Source: Cyanobacteria bacterium J06626_4 (GTDB lineage Bacteria; Cyanobacteriota; Cyanobacteriia; Phormidesmidales; Phormidesmidaceae). From it: a stretch of DNA of 35,424 nucleotides. Made by a program: the position numbers and the translations under genes. This document shows, one piece after another, positions 27,892 through 35,424 of the stretch. The stretch is from the NCBI GenBank assembly GCA_038523235.1, contig JBCBJQ010000061.1, forward strand, positions 1 to 35,424, written 5' to 3'. The first letter of the stretch is position 1; each line of letters opens with the position of its first letter. The notes beneath the pieces were generated by a model. It saw only the letters and a program-made list of their open reading frames with translations. It had not been told where the DNA came from and did no database searches.

Positions 27892-28653
27892 TTAGCCGAG
27901 GCGATAGCCAAACCCACGCACCGTTTTGAGATATTCCGGCTTGCTGGGATCTTCTTCCAGCTTTTCGCGAATCCAGCGAATGTGCACGTCGACCGTTTTG
28001 TTGTCGCCCATGAAGTCGTGGCCCCAAACTTTATCAATTATCTGGTCACGCGACCAGACGCGTTTGGGCTGACTCATAAACAGCTCTAAAATGCGAAATT
28101 CCTTAGGCGATAGGCTGACCTCTTCCCCTTTGAGAAACACACGGCACTCTTTGGGATTCAGCTCAACCGCTTCAAACCGCAGCACCGGATCCGGCTCTTG
28201 GTCAGCAGCACCCCGATGGCGGCGCAGTAGAGCGCGGCAGCGAGCAATCAGTTCGCGCATGCCAAAGGGCTTAGTCAGGTAGTCATCGGCACCCACTTCG
28301 AGCCCCACGACCCGGTCAGTCTCAGTACCCTTAGCACTCAGAATCAATAATGGCACATCAATGCCTTGATGCCGCAGCAGGCGACACAAATCCAGACCGT
28401 TCATGCCCGGCAGCATCAAATCTAAAATCACCAGATTGATGTCAGGAGCGGCTCGGCGAGCGCTGTTTTTCGTGCCCCCCAACATTTCCAGGGCGGTCAA
28501 GCCATCTTCAGCGACCAAGACCTCAAACCCAATCTCTGCCAGCGCTAGGCCAACGGTTTCACGGATGAGTTCTTCATCTTCAACAATCAACACTCGTCCC
28601 AACCCAACCCGCACACCCTTTTCATACGCAGACGGTAACGTTAGAGATGACAT
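27892..28653 (-). CDS. sphR: OmpR-family response regulator, SphR/PhoB-like
   Basis: VLIVEDE, ILDLMLPG, GLEVGADDYLTKPFGMRELIARCRALLRR, LSPKEF.ILELFM..P.RVWSR, KTVDVHIRWIREKLE.DPS.PEY. Confidence 0.8.
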   Translation of the reverse strand: MSSLTLPSAYEKGVRVGLGRVLIVEDEELIRETVGLALAEIGFEVLVAEDGLTALEMLGGTKNSARRAAPDINLVILDLMLPGMNGLDLCRLLRHQGIDVPLLILSAKGTETDRVVGLEVGADDYLTKPFGMRELIARCRALLRRHRGAADQEPDPVLRFEAVELNPKECRVFLKGEEVSLSPKEFRILELFMSQPKRVWSRDQIIDKVWGHDFMGDNKTVDVHIRWIREKLEEDPSKPEYLKTVRGFGYRLG

Positions 28654-29048
28654 ATGAAGTATTCAGTCATTTACACCAACACTCTACCAACCTAAGCGGC
28701 TCTTTTAAACACGTAATAACCTTCCGTCAATAGACAACAGCAGAAAGTAAGCCCTGCATCGCAGGAAAACTCGGACTATTTGCCCAAAATCAATGATTGC
28801 AGCAATTTTGAGACCGCACTCCCTAGAACGAAGTCGCCTCAATCGCTCAAGTAAGTAAACATGGCGGCGATCCTACCTACTCTCAGAATCATGACGACAA
28901 ACCGGGTGGTTTATTTACCCACCGATCCTTAATCCACACTGATGAATTGTGTCCGTAGATCTAACCACGCAAAACGTTAGCGCGCTGAGCGTAGTGGTAA
29001 GGGGTGAATTTTGCGATCGGCTTAAATCGGTCATCGGTAAAAGAAGGG

Positions 29049-30779
29049 TTATTCCTGTAGCCGGGAAGCAGCGGTTGGAGAAATCGTCCTGAGGGTGCGA
29101 AGGCGGTTAATTGCGGCGGCGAGTTCTTGCATTCGAAAGGCAGCTAACTCGCCGCTCAACTGGTCGTTCAGACAATCCAAACCGTGAGCGGCAATATCGG
29201 TGGCCACTGCCTGCAAAACAGCGGCGAGCGAGCGATCACCGTCCAGATAATGTCGCTGAGCATAAACCAGGGCAGCCGCGATCGCTTTAACCTGTCCCGG
29301 TTCCACCAACTGTTCGATCGCCGATAGGTCAATTTCGGTCATGCCGAGCCGGATTTCGTCCGTCGCTCTGACCTTAAGACTGACGGCGCGGTGACCCCGT
29401 TGCGGGTCAATGCTATCGGGTAAAACCACGCGCGGGCTGAGATGGCCAAATTCTTGTCCGCCCTCAGCCTGCCGTTCGGTGCGATCGTCAGCAGCAATCT
29501 GTCGGGCTTGGGCAGTGACATCAGCAGCCTGATACTCATTGAGCGCGATTACCGTATCAGCCACATCGAAGTAGTCACCACTGCCGCCCATCACCAAAAT
29601 TGTTGACACGCCATGATCGGTGTACAGCTGTCGAACTTTATCGACGAACGGCGTGATCGGTTCCTGGGCTTTCGCAATCAGCGACTGCATACGGCGATCG
29701 CGAATCATGAAGTTGGTGGCTGAGGTATCTTCATCCAGCAGCAGTGCGGTGGCTCCGGCAGCGATCGCTTCGATGATGCTGGCTGCTTGAGAGGTGCTGC
29801 CACTCGCATCTGCCGTCGAAAATTGCTCGGTTGAGCGGCCCTGAGGTAGGTGATTGATGAAGGGGGAGACATCCACCCCGGTTACACTGCGTCCCTCTTC
29901 AGCTCGCACCTTAACCGCCGTCGCCGTCGTCACCACTTGCTCGCGACCGTCTCCCGGCATGTGGTTGTAAATTCCCTGCTCGATCGCCTTGAGTAGGGTT
30001 GACTTGCCGTGATAGCCACCGCCCACGATCAGCGTGATACCAGTGGGAATGCCCATGCCGGTGATGGTTTTACCGTTGGGTTGGGTCAAGCCAACCCGCA
30101 AAGACGCCGGCGATCGAAAGGGCACCGCTACCGGCCCCAGCGATCGCTCATCGACCCCGCTGCGGCGTGGCAAGATCGCGCCATCGGCGACAAACGCGAC
30201 CAACTGGCGATCGTTGAGTTGATCACGCAGCCAGTCGGCGGTCTCAGCCGTGTCCCCCTGAGCTTGAATCGCCGTGGCATCCAGCTGGAAATAGTTCAAA
30301 GCTTGTTCGATCAATTTGGGCAAATCATCGCACAGCAGCTCAGCGGCCTGCCGCCCCGCAATGCGGCGACCGTGGGCAGGTAGCCCCACCGCGAATCGCA
30401 CCTCAACCGAGGTCTCAGAGACGGTCACAGCGGTGCGCGGCAGTATGGCCTGAGAAGGTGCCGCGATGGCGATCAGGCCGCTTTTGCCTGACCCTCGATG
30501 GCGAGAGTAACCCTGCGCCTGCTGATGAAACTGCCGGAGCAAATAATCTTCCAGGGCAATGCGACGGCTGGCAGTGTCATACAAATTCCTAGGAAAGCCC
30601 GCAATTGCCTGTGGCACTACGACCCGTAATCGACTCGGAGCGGCAAACGGGTCACCCTGAACAGAGTCAACGTGCAGGGTAAAACCGGCAAATGTGTGCT
30701 GTCCCCGCAGCGATTTATAAGCCTTGTAGCTGCAGCGATCTAACGCTTCCAGGCGATCGCGCAAATTATGGCCAAGCAT
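29049..30779 (-). CDS. ABC-ATPase domain-containing protein (predicted soluble ABC-class ATPase)
   Basis: VQGDPFAAPSR, Walker A GGGYHGKST, ASGSTSQAA, Walker B LLLDEDTSATNFMIRD, STILVMGGSGDYFDVAD. Confidence 0.9.
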   Translation of the reverse strand: MLGHNLRDRLEALDRCSYKAYKSLRGQHTFAGFTLHVDSVQGDPFAAPSRLRVVVPQAIAGFPRNLYDTASRRIALEDYLLRQFHQQAQGYSRHRGSGKSGLIAIAAPSQAILPRTAVTVSETSVEVRFAVGLPAHGRRIAGRQAAELLCDDLPKLIEQALNYFQLDATAIQAQGDTAETADWLRDQLNDRQLVAFVADGAILPRRSGVDERSLGPVAVPFRSPASLRVGLTQPNGKTITGMGIPTGITLIVGGGYHGKSTLLKAIEQGIYNHMPGDGREQVVTTATAVKVRAEEGRSVTGVDVSPFINHLPQGRSTEQFSTADASGSTSQAASIIEAIAAGATALLLDEDTSATNFMIRDRRMQSLIAKAQEPITPFVDKVRQLYTDHGVSTILVMGGSGDYFDVADTVIALNEYQAADVTAQARQIAADDRTERQAEGGQEFGHLSPRVVLPDSIDPQRGHRAVSLKVRATDEIRLGMTEIDLSAIEQLVEPGQVKAIAAALVYAQRHYLDGDRSLAAVLQAVATDIAAHGLDCLNDQLSGELAAFRMQELAAAINRLRTLRTISPTAASRLQE

Positions 30780-30952
30780 AATTTACCACCCTAATCGACC
30801 GATGGGCTGAAGCCATCTGATCCAGATCACACCTGCAGTAGATGTGTATCACCCCAGGCTTAGACGAAGATCATCCTACAAATTTAGCGCCGTCACCGGA
30901 ATTTACTGCGTTTCAGTTGATATTAATACTGCACCCACAAAACCCACGACCC

Positions 30953-31474
30953 ATGACCCCCTCGCCCTCCTGTCAGGCTGCTTTACCCGCCACCGCTTTG
31001 CAGTTATTTCTTCAAGCTTCGGCTAAACGTCCCCTGTCTCTGGTCGCGCTGCTCTTCGGGGTGTTTTTAGGTCTGGCTCCCCTCGCCCCTACAACAGCCT
31101 TGGCATCCGAGGTGACGGGTGAACCGCTAGCCGATGGTGTGTATGCTTTTGGCGATCACCCCGAGGCCAATCAAATTGGGTCCACTTATTTGGTCATGGC
31201 AGTTAATAACGGTGACGTGGTGGGAGGCTTTTATCAGCCGGCTTCATCCTTCGATTGCTTCAACGGCCAGATCGTGGGTCAGACGCTAGACCTTACCGTA
31301 GTTAATAGCTATGAGCAAACCGAGCACCCCTTCTCGCTGGCGATGGAGGCTAACGACGCAGTCGCTTCGCAGGCAGGGGGGGCAACTCAATGGGTACCCG
31401 CAGGGTTTCATGCTTTGGCCGAGCTCAGCGAGACTGACCACACGGTATTACAGGTTTGCCAGGCTCAAGGGTAG
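30953..31474 (+). CDS. Conserved cyanobacterial secreted hypothetical protein
   Basis: Hydrophobic signal ending ALA; LADGVYAFG, QIGSTYLV, GGFYQPASSFDCFNG, C-terminal Cys. Start uncertain. Confidence 0.7.
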   Translation: MTPSPSCQAALPATALQLFLQASAKRPLSLVALLFGVFLGLAPLAPTTALASEVTGEPLADGVYAFGDHPEANQIGSTYLVMAVNNGDVVGGFYQPASSFDCFNGQIVGQTLDLTVVNSYEQTEHPFSLAMEANDAVASQAGGATQWVPAGFHALAELSETDHTVLQVCQAQG

Positions 31475-31513
31475 ATGCCGCCATCCAATTCACTTTCAAG
31501 TCTTGCGCCCCAC

Positions 31514-31555
31514 CATGAGAGCGGCGATCGCCCTAGAGCGATCGCCGCTCTCATG
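31514..31555. terminator. 18-bp perfect hairpin with one HIP1 site per arm
   Basis: CATGAGAGCGGCGATCGC-CCTAGA-GCGATCGCCGCTCTCATG, 40 nt after the stop; no clear U-tail. Confidence 0.5.
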
Positions 31556-31649
31556 CTTGGATGAAGAGTCTACATTTAGGACCTGACCTGCAAACAAGCT
31601 ATCAGTGGATCGAATGTCTCTCTCGCGGAGATACTTTGCGTGGGTAAAG

Positions 31650-31738
31650 CCTGCCTGCCGGGCATATGACTTAGCCCCACGCTCAACCCGGGTCGGTTGA
31701 GAAGCCTGTCCTGAGCGGATCGTAGGGAAGTCGAAACC
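31650..31738. repeat. Degenerate, composite REP/SDR-like element, copy C
   Basis: GCTCAACC...GGTTGAG, CCTGTCCTGAGCGGATCGTAGGG, GAAGTCGAAACC share motifs with copies A and B. Confidence 0.5.
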
Positions 31739-32041
31739 ACATTAATGGGTATGTTATGGGAGAGCAGATTTCTGAGGCGTCAATGGATACTGCTTTACTT
31801 CCCGAACTGCTCGACTCCGAGTCACCGCCAACTACTGGCACGTTCGCCCCCTATTCTGGTTCGGTAAATATCGAGGTTTTGCTGACTTGTGGGGCAACTA
31901 CCCCGGGCCCAGTGAGATATCGAGATCACTAGCGAGTTAGCGGAAGTAGATTCATCTCGTCCCTTAGATTTTGATCAAATAATTTCAAAAGCGAAATTCT
32001 ATCCTTAATTCTTCAAAAAAAGTGAACAGACCGCCGCGATT

Positions 32042-32059
32042 TTTGTTAAATTATGTAAA
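32042..32059 (-). promoter_or_regulatory. Putative HLR1 (RpaB-binding) element upstream of clpC
   Basis: Minus strand reads TTTACATA-AT-TTAACAAA (one mismatch to consensus). Confidence 0.45.
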
Positions 32060-32326
32060 TACGCTCTCAGATTAAATGCTGGGTAGAGATTATTTGCAGA
32101 ACTTTTATCTATGTACTCCTCCATATCCTGCTTGCCTTTGAGCGACTTTCGTAAGATCATTCGGCTCTCCCTACTGCCGTTTAGCAAAGATTCTTTGTAC
32201 AGTTTCTTTACAGAGGTGCCGAGTCTATCACTGATAGGCGTCCATCTCTTTAGCTAGGCAGCTTTAGTTAGATAGCTATTCCAGTCCAGGGAGTTTGCTC
32301 CCTTACACACAACACCAACCGGGGCT

Positions 32327-34804
32327 ATGTTTGAGCACTTCACCAACACTGCAATTGCCGTCATTATGAAGGCGCAAGAAGAAGCTCGCCGCTTGCAACA
32401 CAACTTTGTCGGCACTGAGCAACTTCTCCTTGGCCTCCTGAGAGAAAACTCTAGTTTGGCTTTTACGGTCTTAACTGAGTTTGGCATCAACCTCTCGGAT
32501 GCTCGTAACGAAGTCGAAGCCATCATTGGTCGAGGCAGCGGCAACCCACCTTCCGAGGTGCCCTTTACCCCGAAGGTAAAGCAAGTTTTTGAAACCGCCT
32601 TTCAAGAAGCGCGCAAGCTCGACGCGTCCTACATCGAGCCCGAACACCTATTGCTGAGTCTGACCCAAAGCCAAGAAAGCGTCGCTTATCGGGTAATGGA
32701 AAATCTGGGCGTATCACCGAGTAAGGTGCGCACTCGTCTGATTAAAGAGCTAGGCGAAGCGGCTGCGATTCCGGCTGGGGCCAGACCGGAGAGACGGCGG
32801 AACGATCGCCGTCGCAAGAGCAGCGTGCTCGAAGAGTTCAGCACTGACCTCACCGCTAAGGCGGCGGCTGGTCTTTTAGACCCAGTGATTGGTCGACCGA
32901 CTGAAATTGAACGGGTTGTGCAAGTCCTCGGACGGCGTACTAAAAATAACCCTGTCTTAGTGGGTGAACCAGGGGTAGGTAAGACCGCGATCGCGGAAGG
33001 CTTGGCCCAGCGCATTGTCAACCAAGATGTGCCAGCAACCCTCATGGGTAAGAAGGTCTATGCCATTGACATGGGTCTGCTGGTGTCGGGAACGCGTTTT
33101 CGGGGCGACTTTGAAGAACGTCTGACGCAACTGCTCGAAGAAGTTCGCAGCGATGACGACATCATTTTGGTCATGGACGAGATTCACACCCTGGTAGGCG
33201 CGGGCTCTCTGGAGGGCGGCATGGATGCTGCCAACATGCTGAAGCCAGCCCTCGCTCGGGGTGAGATGCAGTGTATTGGCGCTACGACCCTAGACGAATA
33301 TCGCAAATACATTGAGCGCGATGCCGCGCTGGAACGGCGGTTTCAGCCCATTATGGTCGCGCCGCCCTCAGTTGAGGACACGATTGAGATTCTGCAGGGC
33401 ATTCGCAGCCGCTATGAGCAGTTCCACCACGTTTTGCTCTCTGATGAAGCGCTGAAAGCCGCGGCTGAGCTATCTGATCGCTACATCAATGATCGCTTCT
33501 TACCCGATAAAGCGATCGACCTGATTGATGAAGCTGGTTCTCGCATTAAGCTGCGCCACCACACCGTCTATCCTTCTGCCGAAATCAAGCAAGAACTGCG
33601 GCAGGTCAACCGTGACCTCGAAGCTTCTGTGAACTCTCAGGAGTTTGTGCAGGCGCAAGCACTGCGCGATCGCCAGCGAGAGCTTTTGAAGGAAATTCAA
33701 GGCCCTCAGCCAGAGGCGGCAGAAGCCCCGCCAATGACTCAACCGGTGGTCAGCGAAGAAGACATCGCTGAGATCGTGGCTTCTTGGACAGGCGTGCCGG
33801 TAACCCGTATGACTGAGTCAGAAGCTGTCCAGTTGATGCATTTAGAAGATACTCTGCATGAACGGGTGATTGGTCAACATGAAGCGGTAGAAGCCGCCGC
33901 TCGAGCCATTCGTCGCTCTCGGGTCCGGCTAGCCAGCCCTGATCGACCGATTGCCAGTTTGGTCTTCTCTGGCCCCACTGGGGTTGGCAAAACGGAGTTG
34001 GCTAAGGCACTGGCAGCATCCATGTTTGGGTCTGAAGAGGCGATGATTCGCCTCGACATGTCAGAGTTTATGGAAAGCTATACCGTTTCTAAATTGGTGG
34101 GCTCTCCCCCCGGATTTGTCGGTTATGACGAAGGCGGGCAGCTGACTGAAGCAGTGCGCCGTAAGCCTTATTCGGTGATTCTGATGGATGAGATTGAAAA
34201 GGCTCATCCCGATGTGTTTAACATCCTGCTGCAGCTCCTCGATGATGGTCGCTTGACTGACTCAAAAGGTCGAGTGGTGAGCTTTAAGAACACGCTGATC
34301 ATCATGACCTCCAACATTGGCTCCCGAGTCATTGAAAAAGGCGGCAGTGGCATGGGCTTCGACAGTACCAGCACCGATGAAGCCACCACCCAATACAACA
34401 ACATCCGCAACTTAGTGCAGGAGGAAATGAAGCAATACTTCCGGCCTGAGCTGCTTAACCGCTTGGATGAAATCATCGTCTTCCGCCAGCTGTCTAAACC
34501 AGAAGTTCAGGAAATCGCTGACCTGATGATGGTGGGAGTCAACGCTCGCCTGGCAGAACGGCAAATCACGGTGTCTGTCACCGATAGCTTTAAAGATAAG
34601 CTGATCGAAACGGGTTACGACCAGCGCTACGGGGCTCGACCGATGCGCCGAGCCATCTCTCGACTCGTTGAAGATGCGCTGGCAGAGGCCATTCTCGGCG
34701 GTATTTTAGAAGAGGGCGATACCGTTGAACTCGATGTCGATGAGGCAGGTAAGGTGCAGGTGCATCGCCAGCAAGAGCCAGCTCTAGCGGTCGTCAATCG
34801 CTAA
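32327..34804 (+). CDS. clpC: ATP-dependent Clp protease ATP-binding subunit, ClpC family (divergent paralogue)
   Basis: Clp N repeats ([16 protein letters not shown]), GEPGVGKT, short UVR-type middle domain, [17 protein letters not shown], ClpP-docking loop GMGF. Confidence 0.92.
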   Translation: MFEHFTNTAIAVIMKAQEEARRLQHNFVGTEQLLLGLLRENSSLAFTVLTEFGINLSDARNEVEAIIGRGSGNPPSEVPFTPKVKQVFETAFQEARKLDASYIEPEHLLLSLTQSQESVAYRVMENLGVSPSKVRTRLIKELGEAAAIPAGARPERRRNDRRRKSSVLEEFSTDLTAKAAAGLLDPVIGRPTEIERVVQVLGRRTKNNPVLVGEPGVGKTAIAEGLAQRIVNQDVPATLMGKKVYAIDMGLLVSGTRFRGDFEERLTQLLEEVRSDDDIILVMDEIHTLVGAGSLEGGMDAANMLKPALARGEMQCIGATTLDEYRKYIERDAALERRFQPIMVAPPSVEDTIEILQGIRSRYEQFHHVLLSDEALKAAAELSDRYINDRFLPDKAIDLIDEAGSRIKLRHHTVYPSAEIKQELRQVNRDLEASVNSQEFVQAQALRDRQRELLKEIQGPQPEAAEAPPMTQPVVSEEDIAEIVASWTGVPVTRMTESEAVQLMHLEDTLHERVIGQHEAVEAAARAIRRSRVRLASPDRPIASLVFSGPTGVGKTELAKALAASMFGSEEAMIRLDMSEFMESYTVSKLVGSPPGFVGYDEGGQLTEAVRRKPYSVILMDEIEKAHPDVFNILLQLLDDGRLTDSKGRVVSFKNTLIIMTSNIGSRVIEKGGSGMGFDSTSTDEATTQYNNIRNLVQEEMKQYFRPELLNRLDEIIVFRQLSKPEVQEIADLMMVGVNARLAERQITVSVTDSFKDKLIETGYDQRYGARPMRRAISRLVEDALAEAILGGILEEGDTVELDVDEAGKVQVHRQQEPALAVVNR

Positions 34805-34838
34805 CTTAACGGTCTCATCAATCGATCTGTCAAAAATT

Positions 34839-34884
34839 AAATCCCCTCAGCGTCAGTCAAAGATGAACGCTGAGGGGATTTTTT
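34839..34884. terminator. Bidirectional terminator between clpC and gvpV
   Basis: AAATCCCCTCAGCGT / ACGCTGAGGGGATTT stem, T-run on the right and A-rich on the left. Confidence 0.8.
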
Positions 34885-34913
34885 ATGGGCTGGTTAGCAA
34901 CGATCGCCTGTGA

Positions 34914-35261
34914 TTAATAGTCCAGCGTGACGCTATGGAATGAGTCTTGACGATCGCTCGGCTGATCTGGTGAATAGACGACGCAGTTAGGTTCTGACAG
35001 CATCATGTCAGCTGATTCGTCAGTTTTTCTGAGCTGTTGAGCTTGGCTTTCAACAGTCTCAATTTCCTGCGCCAAAACGGCCAGGCGATTTTGAATGCGA
35101 TCGCGGCGCTGGTCTAGGCTAGCTAACTCTTGCTGTAGCCGTTTTTTCTCAATGGTGAGCTGATACATCGTCAGGTATTGAGACGATTCCGACTGCTGGC
35201 GCGGCATCGTACTAATTTTAGGATTACTCCGCATCGGGGGGCGAGAAAAAGGCACAGGCAT
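34914..35261 (-). CDS. gvpV: Gas vesicle protein GvpV-like coiled-coil protein
   Basis: PKISTMPRQ.SE...YL.MYQL.IEKKRLQQEL..LDQRR..IQ.RL and C-terminal TLDY, as recalled for cyanobacterial GvpV. Start uncertain. Confidence 0.65.
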   Translation of the reverse strand: MPVPFSRPPMRSNPKISTMPRQQSESSQYLTMYQLTIEKKRLQQELASLDQRRDRIQNRLAVLAQEIETVESQAQQLRKTDESADMMLSEPNCVVYSPDQPSDRQDSFHSVTLDY

Positions 35262-35424
35262 CACCAAAAGTGCAACTTGATTAAATCTTGTTCTGATAGT
35301 ACCCGAGGGGCCAGAATACCTTGCAAATCGGCTTGCCATGCCTTATGCCAATTCGCTGAATTTAGACTACACATCCCCAAAAGTGTGTAGCCCCCTTCGA
35401 CAAGGGGGCAGCGACAGCGGGGGA

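Noticed and set aside
28660..29040. Pho box upstream of sphR
   Set aside because: Only isolated CTTAA-like words, not tandem repeats at 11-nt spacing.
32005..32187. Small ORF upstream of clpC as a possible NblA-like adaptor
   Set aside because: No NblA-like motif (LSLEQQF); it lies in AT-rich promoter DNA.
1..35424. HIP1 abundance as a novel repeat
   Set aside because: Well-known cyanobacterial feature; used only as a taxonomic and foreign-DNA marker.

Overview
A cyanobacterial chromosomal segment: the HIP1 octamer GCGATCGC is abundant, and crtH, a phycobiliprotein lyase, a PEP-CTERM gene and gvpV point to a filamentous Leptolyngbya/Nodosilinea-like strain (inference). It carries about 33 mostly housekeeping or conserved CDSs, including upp, crtH, tsaE, tsaC/sua5, an EVE protein, a LysR-pirin-CDGSH module, bactofilin, a cation/H+ antiporter with USP domains, DUF790, a PilH-like and a SphR/PhoB-like regulator, ggt, an ABC-ATPase-domain protein, a divergent ClpC and gvpV. 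No rRNA, tRNA or CRISPR array was recognised. The most notable features lie outside the ORF track. (1) An AT-richer, HIP1-free island at about 23.7-25.3 kb holds a decayed tyrosine integrase. (2) An 86-100 bp TA-flanked MITE-like element occurs twice; its copies differ by exactly two heptamers, and removing one copy restores the integrase reading frame. (3) The DUF790 gene has ACG in the start position behind a perfect AGGAGG. (4) A 17-bp tandem repeat duplicates the ggt ribosome-binding site and ATG. (5) There is a family of REP/SDR-like palindromes. (6) Candidate HLR1 (RpaB) and NtcA sites are present. Family assignments come from motif recognition only; no database search was run.
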